The notes beneath the pieces were generated by a model, which did no database searches, was not told the DNA's origin, and was given only the letters and a program-made list of their open reading frames with translations. From Sphyrna mokarran (taxonomy: Eukaryota), in NCBI GenBank assembly GCA_024679065.1, contig JAGIQG010000002.1, positions 67,704,001 through 67,768,000 of the forward strand: 64,000 nt of DNA. The letters run 5' to 3'. Position numbers and translations under genes: made by a program. This document shows, piece after piece, positions 52,250-64,000 of this stretch. The stretch's first letter is position 1; every line of letters starts with the position of its first letter.

Positions 52250-55200
52250 GTCATTGAACTCTACCGTACATTCACAATAAGGCCAGTTTCCATGAAAATC
52301 AATATGGCTCAATTTTTTCTAAAATGGGAACCAGCAACATTGCTGACATGTCACAGCTTGCTGGGCATTCCTGAATTAGGGAAGAAATGGGCTTTATATT
52401 TCAGCAAAGGGGATTTCATAATCTCCTGCCTCAGCAGAAGGGGGATTTATGTCACTTTTCTAGGGTACTGGGATTTGCAAAGGTGCAGGGAACCATCAAT
52501 TTCATACGCACATCGCTGTGGGATCTACACTTTCATGAAGTAATGTCGCACAATTGCAAGAGCTATCATTTTCTTAATATGCAGTTTGTGTATAGCCATC
52601 GCATCAATGAATATCTGTTATCCTGGCAGAACCACAGTGCTTTTGTCCTGTCCTAGTCAACCATTCTTGCAATACTTGAGTGACCACAATGGGTCAACAA
52701 CCAGGAACAGCCTGAAATTGACTATCGGAGTTTTGCTGTTGGACGACTCAGAGAGGAGCCCTCCGGATACAGCAGAGTATCTGCAAATTCATAGTGCTCT
52801 GCAGTTTTCTCCAAAAGCATGAGGGCACAGTCATAACCCCATTTGGTCTTTGGTGAGGACATTTGCAAGATGATGATGAGGAGAAGACCTCTGAGACCCT
52901 TTTTCTTCAGTTCGGTTATGTGTGAGCAGCTGACCAGGCTTTGAATTCTTATCCACATGTCACCACTGCTCCACAAATCCTCATCTTTCCATCCTTCTAT
53001 TGAAGTCCTTCTGGCTACTGAGATATCCTTAAGAGCTTTATGTCCAAAATGAAAGTGTGCATTTCCATTGTGCCTGTCATATTGTTGCCTTTGTTTATTT
53101 GTCCCAGTGACTTGATGCAGTGCTACCCAAGTGACTGCAGCATGGTTAATAAAAAGCAATGGATTCTCAGTGGAGGAGATGACAGATTGCATTATTTGCC
53201 CTCAAGTAGCTCTGGACCTTGAAAGCCACAGCTTGTCATGGCTGGCAGTAATTTGGTTTGGCTGGCTGATGGACAACAACAAATAGGACTGAAGGAGTGG
53301 CAGTGGTGTGAGCATGAATTTGTCATCCTGAGAGAGGACAGCCATTCATGCAAAAGGAGTCACACTCACAGGGGAAGGTGCCTCAATGATCCCAGTAATC
53401 TGCTGGAGCACAGATTGCTGAACTGATATTAGTACCCACATGCCCTGCCAAATCCTGGAATATGGAACCCCAATGACAACAGTCTGAACTTCATGCCAAC
53501 TAACTTTGATCTCATGATTTTAGCCTGAGTTTTGAGCACAGCATTGAGATTTTAGCTTGTGCTGTAGAGGAAGCTGAGGCATTGACCATCAGATGCTGCA
53601 GCATTGCTGGGTCCATAAGTGCTGTTATAGAGTTGGCTTTCATTTCAACAGTGCAAATGTTGGATTCCAGGTTGTGTGTGAAGACCTGTACTGAGTTGGA
53701 ACTGGATGCCTCTATAGTCTAAACAATGAAAGCAGAATCTCTGGCAAGCCTTCCAATGCACCAAGCATTTGTTTGTCTATATCCATCAGTGTTCTTCTAT
53801 AAGCCATCAATGTCCTTAGTCCCCTATGTTTTGATACATTATCCTTTCTCTTTGGCTTAGTTGCAGCCCATTCATGCATCATCAGGACAGGGTGAGAGAT
53901 TCTCATCTGTATACTATCATTTCTATCAATATCTGAATCAGTAACTGAGAGTCACCTTGAGTGATGGAGCTTTTCATCAGTCATATGTCCCACAGGGGAC
54001 AGGTCTTGAGCGTCTGTCCTAACTGAATCAGGAACAGCTTCTTCCCTGCTGCCATCAGACTTTTGAATGGGCCTATCTCGCATTACGTTGAACTTTCTCT
54101 ACACCCTAGCTATGACTGTAACACTACATTCTGCACTCTCTCCTTTCCTTCTCTATGAATGGAATGCTTTGTCTGTATGGCATGCAAGAAACAATACTTT
54201 TCACTGTATGCTAATACGTGTCACAATAATAAATCAAATCAAAATCAAATATTGTGTTTTTCTTCAAAGTAAAAACATACCAATCAAACAAAAAATTGGT
54301 GAAATAATAATATGCTCTTTATTTGGGAATAAAACTAGGCAGATACGGTTCACTGGAAAATCTCTACCCTGTTGCTTGCTGACTGAATAAAGTCACAGGA
54401 TTAACACATCATATCCTGTCAAGAGAATAATGATTAATCGCAGTTTAAGATACGCACTTGAAATGCATATATTATATCACAACAGGGTGAATGTGAAGTG
54501 AGATTTCAGATGGGGCATAAGGCAGGACGACACTGAATATTATCAGTGACACAGATGCAACGCCCTCAGTCACTGTTGGCCCGATACTTAAAGAGGCCCT
54601 GTCTCTTCCAAGAGGCTCAGGGTGTCCTCGACCAATTCTCTACAGCTCTCTGTGGTTCTGAGTATCTTTGTCCTGCCAAACAGAGGGAAGAATGACATTA
54701 TCTGTGTTTAACTGTGTTGCATTGTGGTTGGGCAATTTGCCTGCTGTAGTTGAATGGTGGAAGTATGTAGTAGCAGAGAAGTGTGGGTGCAAAGCTGATA
54801 GAAATGTGTGTGAAGGTGAGGTGAGCATCTGAATAATACTGAAAATTCTGGTTGCTGAATGCGAGTGGTGTGGTGCATTGAGCAGCACGAGAGTTTGCTG
54901 GTGAGTAAAGTGATGTTACTGAGAGACGCATTCACTGACTTCACTTCTGCGGGGTCATTGAACTCTTTTGTGGCACTGTGGCCAGATTCTTGCACCAGAA
55001 ACCTGGAAGTCAGCTCTCCGCATGCCTCTCCCCTCCCCCCAGTTCCCTTCCCAACTTGTGCCTTGAGGGCCTCCCGGACCCCTGTGGAAACTTGATGGCT
55101 CCCTTCCTTTTGATCTCCTGGACCACAGCCATCAGCAGCACATCAGAGAACATGGGAACCTTTTCTTTCTCTGACCTCTAGTTCAACTGGTGGTCATCTC

Positions 55201-55415
55201 CTTACCACAGTCTTCCATAAATAGGCGTCTTTAAGAAGTGCAGGCCAGCTGCACAGCGTGTTAGTCATACATGTTCCTGGTCCCTTATCAGGCACACAGC
55301 TGGTCAATGGGGCATTCGATCCCAGGGTGCACATCACAATCATATTGATAGGCAAGCAGCATTCATCACAATTCCTGTGCCCATTTCCTGGCTGATTTCA
55401 AACTTTATCCCAGAA
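52250..55415. mobile_element. Decayed autonomous-type PIF/Harbinger transposon (transposase on +, Myb/SANT ORF on -)
   Basis: + strand: GFAKVQGTIN..THIA, NCKSYHFLNMQFV, YPG..HSAFVL, TRNSLKLTIGVL (HARBI1-like, 52450-52815). - strand: RIWPQCHK.FND near 54950-54990 (trihelix motif). Confidence 0.75.
54033..54250 (+). mobile_element. Rex1/Babar-like LINE 3' end
   Basis: NSFFPAAIRLLN followed by a 3' UTR ending aataaatcaaatcaaaatcaaat. Confidence 0.75.
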
Positions 55416-56554
55416 GTTTTGACTTGAGAGTTGCACGCTGGCTGAATATAGTCCTAGCACATTCCTAGATGTGTTATTTTTACACAGGCTTGTGCAAAAA
55501 TAGATGCACATGAATGAAGCTGACACTTGCTGGGTCGGTGCTGCCTGAACACTCAATCACTCTTTCAGTCCTTTTCCACACATACACTGCATGGGTTTGC
55601 TGCTTTGAAGAAAAATATTTAAAACAATTATCAAACGGAGACTGGAGAAAAAGAAAGGGTTTCGATACTGTGTTTGTTTATTTTTTAAAGCTGCCAGTGT
55701 TGACACATTTCTTTCACCAAAGCTCCTAATACATTTGTGCAAAGACATTCTCAGTGGCTTTTAATTGCCATTATTCAACAACAGAGTTTCAAAATAGCTC
55801 AGCCTTGGGACATGCAAGCTGCTGCCACCTCATATTGACACTGCTCCAAGTTCATTTATATTAACGTTCCTTCAAATTTGTTCACTGGGAGTGGGAAGAA
55901 AATGGTTTGTTCTTTTAATTTTAAAAACACGAGATAAGAATTCCTCTGGTCACTGGCGTTGTGGTGAGATTGTAAGTGTGCTCGTTAAGTTCCCCTCTGG
56001 TATTACTAATAAATTGTAAACACATTCCAAAATACTGCTGAAAAGAGGGACTGTTCATGAATATAGTCCCGATGGCAACCAGAACAATTCTCTAATCATT
56101 GTTTTTTTTAAGTGAAAAGGTGGGGTTTAATAAATTGAAAATAATAATAAAAAATAAATTGAAATGACAGATTTAGTGATATTAGAGAAGGAAAACCCTT
56201 CTTTTAAAGCATTGCATTTTTAATCATTGAAAGATTTAAACATATTTTTGAACTTTCGCTCTGCCAGCTGACAGGATACAAATCAGAATAAAGCTAACCA
56301 AAATTGAAGACAAACCAAACTTCATGAGATTTCCTTTGATTGGATTATCACACTGAAACCACAACATTTCCTGTACATAGTGCTGGTAAATTTCCACCAG
56401 CACCATAATCATTTGTATTCCACGCTCTGTAGAGAACTTGTATGTTAGCATTCCTGTGGACATTTTTGTGTTAAAATGCCCAACTTATCTAACAATTCTT
56501 TGTGATGCCAGTATATGACATTCTGGTCTGATTTGAGATGTTAACCTCAGAACT

Positions 56555-56705
56555 GACCTGTAACGCTCCTTACAACACCACATGGACTGCAGCGGTTCAA
56601 GAAGGTGGCCCACTGCAACACCTTCTCAAAGCAATAACAGATGAGCAACAATCGCTGTCCGATAGCCAATGACACTTACATCCTATGAAAGAATAATAAA
56701 AAAAA
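56555..56705 (+). mobile_element. LINE/SINE 3' tail fragment
   Basis: catggactgcagcggttcaagaagg...ccttctcaa...acatcctatgaaagaat, shared with the tail near 5700-5815. Confidence 0.7.
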
Positions 56706-57504
56706 GTCATTGAAATTATATTGAATTGACTTGTTAGGCCTGCTACCACTTGTGGTGCTGCATAGAATCTCTCACCTGTTCAACCTTAAAAGTTCCATGT
56801 GTATATCGTTTGTTCGGTAAATGCCAACACTACTTAAATGTGCTTATTTTAAGATTTTGCATAAGCCTGCATTCCTCTTCCACCCATTTGCCCCTAGGTT
56901 TCAGCTGTTCCAGCCCTCTTGTGGCCTCCAATGCTTTGGCACAGTTCCCGCTGCTTCCTGTATGTAACAGTGTGGACTGCTTCATGTTGGCTAACAGGAA
57001 CCACAGGTGATGCAGGATCTGAGTTAGAAAATAATCTTTCATTGCAAATGCCACTTTAATTGAATAAATCTACAAAAAATCATTTCAAGTGCAGCAGAAA
57101 TGTCTGTAGGCTATAATGACAGGATTGAGAGCGCTAAACACTACCTCTGTGGATAATGTGAGGGTGTTTTCAGATGAGCCTGCCACCCCGGTCATTAAAA
57201 ATTGTCAAATTCCCACTCCCATTTCTGGCTGTAGCCTCATTTAACTTGGTAAGTTGCAGCTTCTTGCTCCAGACACACCATGCCTTTTGGTTGAGTGTTT
57301 TTTAAAAGCCTTGAAGAGTTTAAATTTTACAATTAACAATCCAATTGTGTTTTGATTTTTATTCAGCACTTGTCACTGAATTGCTCCCTTTCCACCATCT
57401 CAAAATACCTAAGCCCAATGCTTCCCTTTCAATTCCTTTCCTCATTAATGTTCAGCCTATTCAATTTATGGGTGTGTGTGTCTGTGCCTGGGTGTATGTG
57501 TCTA

Positions 57505-57654
57505 NNNNNNNNNNNNNNNNNNNNNNNNNNNNNNNNNNNNNNNNNNNNNNNNNNNNNNNNNNNNNNNNNNNNNNNNNNNNNNNNNNNNNNNNNNNNNNNN
57601 NNNNNNNNNNNNNNNNNNNNNNNNNNNNNNNNNNNNNNNNNNNNNNNNNNNNNN
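57505..57654. other. Assembly gap (150 N) next to a (TG)n-like repeat
   Basis: Run of N. Confidence 0.99.
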
Positions 57655-58011
57655 TGTCCATCCCCTTGTCTTTGCCACAGCATCTGCGCAATGAGTAAAA
57701 AAGGGGTTGATCAAAACAGGGTGAATTCTGGTGTAATTCCTTTTGTCCTGAGCTGCTTTGGTTATTGGGAAGATCTGTTAGCAACCTGAGAAATACTGAG
57801 CAGCTGGAGTTCTGGGAAGCATGTCTTCAGAGTCCTCTGGAATATTGTATTGGTTGCGTCTTTTTTTATGAATACATCTGCCAAATCCTCGTGATTAGAA
57901 AATGGTGATGGGAATGGGATTTTGTCTTCTGGAAGCTTTTGGTCATGATTTATCATGGACCTGTCAGTTACAAGATGGTTGTTTTAGAAGCCATAACTAT
58001 GACTGAACAGT

Positions 58012-58386
58012 CATAGTATCATAAAACTATAGAATCTTTACTGTACAGAAGGAGCTCATTCAACCCATTGAGTCTGGACTTACTTTCTGAAAGAGGATCA
58101 TACCAAGACCCACCAACTCCCGCCATCTCATTCCTACAGCCTGCACATTCACCATGAATAATCCACCAAACCTACACATCTTTGGTCTCTAAGGGACAAT
58201 TTATTACAGACAATCCACCAAACTTGCACATCTTTGAACTGTGGGAGGAAACTGGAGCACTTGGAGGAAATCCGGGCAGACGTGCAAATGAATGTGCAAA
58301 TTCCGCATAGTCACCCGAGGATGGAATCAAATCCGGGTCCCTGGCACTATGAGGCAGCAGTGCTAACCATTGTGTCACAGTGCCGC
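58012..58386 (-). mobile_element. V-SINE (HE1-like)
   Basis: Reverse-complement head ggcggcactgtgacacaatggttagcactgctgcctca and V-domain. Confidence 0.9.
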
Positions 58387-58439
58387 CCTTGATTGGATTC
58401 ACTCTTCTCACCCCTTATTGAGGGAGGGGGTGGGTGCAG

Positions 58440-59400
58440 AAAAGTTGTTCTGGACAAAGTTCCCATTCTGACTGTATAGCCATGTCTAGAGGGACCTCCT
58501 TCTGTAATAAAAATATACAAAAGACGCAAATCATAAAGTTTGGTACATGCAGTATCAGGATCCAAATGGGGGCATTTCAAAACTGTTAGACTTGCAGAAG
58601 CTGAGGCTCTTGCACTCCTGCCCTCTGGATCCTCTCATCTGCCTCAATTGTAGTCACACTCTCCGGTCTCTGACCATTGACCAAATCAGTCCAATTCCAA
58701 AGGATGTGACTACCTCCAGGTACAAAGTGTCCAGGTAGCTTTCCCCCTCAATAATGTGTCAGTGATGCAGATCAGCATCCAGCACAGTGACTTTGAGTTC
58801 AAGCTTTACCCTGCTTTACCATATTTACCCTGATCACAATGTTATCCAAGGGCTCCCACATGCTGCAGCCTTGACACATCAGCTGTCCTGCCATCCTTAG
58901 TGCATTTTTATTATGTTATTCAATTAATTATTTTTCTTTTTGATGTATTTACCAGATCTCATACTATTTTAAACTTAGGGAGTACAATAGACCTTAACCA
59001 TTTACCAGATATTCACCAGGCATTCACTAAGTAGCCAGCTTCTTCTTCAGTAATAGAGCAAGAATCAAATCCCACAAGATGGAAAAATTAGAAAAAGCAA
59101 AGGAACGCCTCCTTCCCCCTTTCTCTAACTCCCTCACTCGCCCAACCCCCTCACTCGTTCAATTCTAACCCCCTCACTCGCCCAACTCCGACCCCCTCAC
59201 TCGCCCGACTCCGACCCCCTCACTCGCCCGACTCCAACCCCCTCACTCGCCTGACTCCGACCCCCTCACTCGCCCGACTCCGACCCCCTCATTTGTCAAA
59301 CTCACTTTTGTTCAAAGTTGCACGGAGAGACTTACATTTATTTCCCTGAAAGAAGAGTTAGCTGAGCTCAGGACAGGAAGTTTCCTTAATTAACTAAGTA
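58440..59400 (-). mobile_element. CR1 5' region and ORF1 start (decayed)
   Basis: Minus strand has MAGQLMCQGCSMWE at ~58855-58895, the zinc-finger-like start of CR1 ORF1. Confidence 0.55.
59128..59292. repeat. 23 bp GC-rich minisatellite, about 7 copies
   Basis: Unit CCCCCTCACTCGCCCGACTCCGA. Confidence 0.92.
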
Positions 59401-59784
59401 ATGACAGGGGCAAATGACTGCTGGGCCACTGTTGTCCAATTATGTCTATCAAACTGGTGCTTAGACAACAGGAGAGAGGTCAGCATCGAAACACTAAAGG
59501 ATCCAATTAAAAAAATCTGATTCCCACAATGCCTTTGGAAAACTTTCAAACTTGAACTAAGGACAGAAGAAAAGTCCACAGTGCTCAGGGTGTCCTTAGA
59601 TCAATGGCAGCAGAGAGACTCATGAATTTTCTGTCAGGAAACATCAGGATTGGTTTGACGAAAATAATCAGTGTATCAACAAATTTACTGTCCTTGGTGG
59701 GACGAGCCAAACTCAAAAAGAAGAAACTGGCATCCAAACATGTAAAGGTTGAGGACAAAGGTGCATCTGTGACATGAAGAACAT

Positions 59785-59932
59785 ATCTGTATATGTACCT
59801 GTATGGTTGTGTCTCTGAGCATGTCTGTGTTTGTGTATGTGTTTGTCAGTGTGCACATGTGTTTGTGTATGTGAATGTGTGTTGCATGCCTATGTGAGTG
59901 TCTGTGTCTGTATCTCTCTGTGTGTTTGTATA
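59785..59932. repeat. Degenerate (TG)n microsatellite
   Basis: Directly visible. Confidence 0.85.
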
Positions 59933-61632
59933 CTTTGCATGCCTTGGCATCGCATGTGGATATCTAAATGCTTCTTAAATGCTATGAGGATCTCTGTCTC
60001 CATCACTCTCTTAGATAGTGAATTCCAGACTTTCACCACCCTTTGTGTGAAAAAGATTTTCCTCACATCCCTTCTAAACCTCCTGATCCTTACCATAAAT
60101 TTCTGCCCCTGGTCATTGATATCTCCATCAGGGGGAAATGTTTCTTTTTGTTTCCTCTTATTTATGCATCTCAATCATGTCCCACTCATCTCCTCTGCTC
60201 CAAAGAAAACAACCCCAGTCTATTCAATCTCTTTCCATAGCTAAAACTTTCCAGCCCAGGCAACATCGAGGTAAATTTCCTCTGTGCACTTTCCAGTGCT
60301 ATCACACCCCTCCCATAATGTGGATTCCAGAACTACACACAATACTCTAGCTGTTGCCTAACTAACATATTAGCAAGACCTTCCTGTTCTCAAACTTTAA
60401 TATTCAGCTAATAAAGGCAAGTATTTCATATGCCTTCATAACCAATTTATCCATCAGTCCCAAAAGCTTAAGAGACCAGTATTCATGCACAACAAGGCCC
60501 TTCTGATCCTTGTTGCTTCTCAGAGTCCTGCTGATCATTATGTTTGTCCTGCCCAAGTGCTTGATCTCACACTTACCTGGACTGAACTCCATTTGCCACT
60601 GATCAGTCCCGCTGATCTACTTATCTATAATTGTCCTGTAATCCAAGGCTATCCACCTCATTATTTACCACCTTACCAATTTTTATATCATCTGTAAACT
60701 TACTAATCAACATTCAAGTAAGTCATTTATCTAAACCACAAAAGGCAAGGGTCCTTGCACTGTTGCCTGCCGGACTGCACGGGACACAGTCTTCTAATCT
60801 GAAAAACATTCTTCAATCACTATGCTCTGCTTCCTGCCACTCAGCCAATTCTGGATCTAATTTGACAAATTTCCTTAGATCCCGTGCACTCTTACCTTTG
60901 TTATCAGTCTTCCATGTGGGGCGTTGTCAAAATCTTTGCTGAAGTCCAAGAAGACTATGTCAAACGCATTACCCTCATCCACACACCTGGTTGGCTTTTT
61001 GAAAATTTTAATCGAATTGGTCAGACATGACATTCCCTTAACAAAACCATGCTGTTCTTGATTAATGCCTGCCTCTCCAAATGCAGATTCATTCTATCCT
61101 CAGAATTGCTTCTACTAGTTTCTGCACTACTGAGGTTACACTGATTGGCCCGTACTTTCATGGTTTATCCCTTCCTATCTTCTTGAACATAAGGGTACCT
61201 CACTGGCAGTCCTCCATCACCTCTCCTTTGGCCAGAGGGAAACTGAAAATTATTGCCAGTGACCCTGCTTTTTCCTCCATTGCCTCACTCAATAGCCTGG
61301 GATATATTTCATCTGGCTCTGGAGATTTATCTACTTTTAAGACTGCCAGATCACTCAGAACTTCCTCTCTGTCTATGTCAATCTCTTTAATAGTATCACA
61401 ATACTTCTCCCTGAATTTGATATCCGTATTGTCTGTCTCCTTAGTGAACATGGACACAAAGCATTCATTTGGAGCCCTACCTATGCCCTCTGGCTCCACA
61501 CATAAATTACCAGTATGACCCTTAATGGGCCATTTTCTTTTTTTTTGGTTAGCCTTTTGCCCATAATATACTTGTAAAGCAACTTAATATTTACTTTCCC
61601 TTATCTGTCAGTAATTTTCATGCCAGGGTGGG

Positions 61633-61919
61633 ATGTATGGTAGAGGTAAAGGTGAGAAAGCTCTTGGGATGGGTGGTGCCAAATAGCACCGGAAATGTTC
61701 TCCCTGTAATATCCAGGGTATAACTAAACCTGCTATCTGTCGGCTCACTTGGCATGGTGGCATTAAGCACATTTCAGGTCTCATCTACGAAGAAACCTAC
61801 GGAATCTTGGAAGTTTTTTTGGAGAACATCATTCAAGACTTGGCTACCTACACCTAACACACCAAACGCAAGACTATTACTGTCATAGAGGACAAACTCT
61901 CTATGGTTTTGGTGGTTAA
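61633..61919 (+). pseudogene. H4: Histone H4 pseudogene
   Basis: Reads MYGRGKGEKALGMGGAK*HRK....[59 protein letters not shown], then a ~25 nt deletion, then GQTLYGFGG*. Two in-frame stops. Confidence 0.95.
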
Positions 61920-62271
61920 AAACTTAAGGGAAAACCTTTTTGCTTTCCTAATTTCCTTTCTAAGTTTCCCTGTTGCACATTCTATACTCCTGTGGGGATT
62001 CTGCTGCTTTGAACCTTCGGTGTCTGCCGTAAGCCCTCTTTCTTATCTTTATCCGATGCTGTGTATTTCTTGATTTTCAGAGTCCACTGGATTGGTTGGT
62101 GCCACCCTCTTTCTTTATTGGAACATGCTGGTCCTGTATTCCTCATAGTTCCTTCTTGAATATATCCCACTATTCTCTCACAGATTTACCTAAAATTATC
62201 TGCTCCATTCTACTCTGGCCAAGTCATATCTGAACTTATTAAAATCTATCTTGCCCCAGTTTAGAACTTTG

Positions 62272-62881
62272 AACCTCAATTCTCCCTTCACGACCCGCAA
62301 CTTTTCTGGTGGATTGCTGTAGGAGATGCACTTTGCCGGCCTTGTACTGGGAATTGCGCATGTGCCAGGAATGCACGTGCATCTCCCAAAGCTGGCGAGC
62401 AGTCGCTGGTCAGACCACACTGGAAACCGATGAGAAGGTAGATGAGTAATTTGAATTTTTTTGAAATGTATTTTAAGTATGTTTTAAATGAGAATGTCAG
62501 GAACTTTTGAATCCCGATTGAATCTCCCACCCCGCCAGGAGTACTTAATTCTGACAGTGTTTAGACTAACTGCCCATGATTGGCAGGAGAGTGGGGTGGA
62601 GGGGCAGCACTGTGGGAGTCTCGGGCTGACTAGTGATCAGGCAGGCCAGCAAACAGGGAGTCTGACAGGTCAGGACCACTGAGCTTGCACAAGAGTTCCA
62701 GAGCTGTCAGACTCTGGCACGAATAGGCGCTGTCCCCCCGGGTTTTTAATGAGATTCATTAAAAATGGGACCTCTGCAATGTACAAAGTTTGGAGATTTA
62801 GGTGAGAAGCTGAACTGACAAAATGGTTGGGATCTAAAACAGTTTTCCTGCTAATTCAGCACTTTTGGGAGAATCGCAGCC
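62272..62881. mobile_element. ~610 bp MITE / non-autonomous Harbinger-type element inside the CR1
   Basis: Termini ctcaattctccc and gggagaatcgcagcc with ttga on both flanks. CR1 sequence resumes afterwards. Confidence 0.7.
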
Positions 62882-64000
62882 TTGATTTTTGCCCCATCCT
62901 TTTTCTTTTCCATGACAATCTTCAATCTACCACTGCTCCTGTTTTCTGTTTCTAATGTTTATCAGTCAAACCACAGAAGTGGCCATAGTTTGGAGATGGT
63001 TTAGCCCAGCCATGTTGACACATATTTTGTGAAGAAATGTAGGAAAGTGTTTTCTTTCTGTGTGTTTCTGCATGTAATGTGCTGTTTCTTTGGTGAACAT
63101 TCAAATTTCAAGCAACAATGGGCTACATTTGCATGTCTAGCTTTTCATTCCATGAACTGTTGAAGTCACACCATACTGCTGTATAACAAGGTCCACATGG
63201 GTCAATGGCTGCTAACAATCAGACAGCATTTAGTTTTTCTCTGCTGTCAGTATAAACTATCCTGGCAATGATTAATACAGACACATTTAATGATAGCAAG
63301 CACATTGCAGTGCAGTGATCCAAAATAGAATCTCTTAAAATTTGCAAATCGACCATTTTAAAGATTGCTTATGCTTTGTATTATTATACTTAGATGCAAA
63401 TTTGCCATATCCAGGGTAAAATAATGTACCTACCTGTGCCTCTGTCAACTGCAGGTACCTGACTGAATAGAGGTTCTTAAATTCAATGCAATGTCCAAGC
63501 ATATCTCAACATCATGCTTGTTGAGATAAGGCACAGTTGTTGTAATTTGCTTTTGGATTTTGGAAGCTAATTGGGGTATAATTTTGCACCACCTGCTGGC
63601 GTGCATTTTGCCAGCATCACCCTGCACCCAATTTTTGAGATGTCAGGGTCAGTGGTAGAACATTACCCCCTTGCAGGGAATAGGGAATTAAAGGGTCAAT
63701 TCTCTCCCTTGGCAACTGGAATTTTCCAGTCAACAAGTGGGCTCCACACAAAGCCTAGGCCATTAAATAAACTGACTTGCTGGCAGGATTTCTGCATTCA
63801 ATCTTGCTAATGTCCCTCCCCCATTTATCCATCACGCTGGCCAGTTAATACACTGCCATGATGCTGTGCTGTTCTTGAAACTCTGTTCACCACTCTGACT
63901 GGGCAGACCATTTCCTGCCTCCATCTCCATGCTGAGCTAACCTTCATAGACAGCATTGTGCTGTTGCCTCCATGGACCATCATGAGCTCTGAAATAGAGA

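Larger units (their letters stand above)
59935..62935 (-). mobile_element. CR1 LINE ORF2 with nested H4 pseudogene and MITE
   Basis: Minus ORFs RKIFFTQRVVKVWNSL, VDKSPEPDEIYPRLL and KVLNWGKIDFNKFRYDLARVEW. Confidence 0.92.

Noticed and set aside
57345-57789. ORFs containing X runs
   Set aside because: Artefacts of the 150 N gap.
142-63810. Most 60-150 aa ORFs in the supplied track as independent genes
   Set aside because: This is intron-rich eukaryotic DNA. They are random, antisense to repeats, or transposon fragments.

Overview
This is vertebrate genomic DNA, almost certainly from a shark: it carries HE1/V-SINEs, a Deu-domain SINE, CR1 LINEs, Penelope and Harbinger relics. The only intact gene is the 3' half of SEMA5A on the + strand. 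Nine GT-AG exons from 1 to 40628 splice in frame and encode the thrombospondin repeats, the transmembrane helix and the cytoplasmic tail, followed by a probable ~5 kb 3' UTR. Almost all ORFs in the supplied track are noise or transposon debris. The most unusual structure is on the minus strand at 49388-52178: a candidate LTR plus decayed Gypsy gag-protease runs into an intronless CEP83 mRNA fragment, and 37 nt of the CEP83 sequence is also copied, inverted, into the protease region. This looks like host-gene capture by an LTR retrotransposon. Also notable are a histone H4 pseudogene inserted in a CR1, a ~560 bp Penelope palindrome with a perfect 31 bp core, hammerhead-ribozyme relics, and several short templated insertions. 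All homology calls come from manual translation and recalled family motifs, not database searches. Repeat boundaries are approximate.
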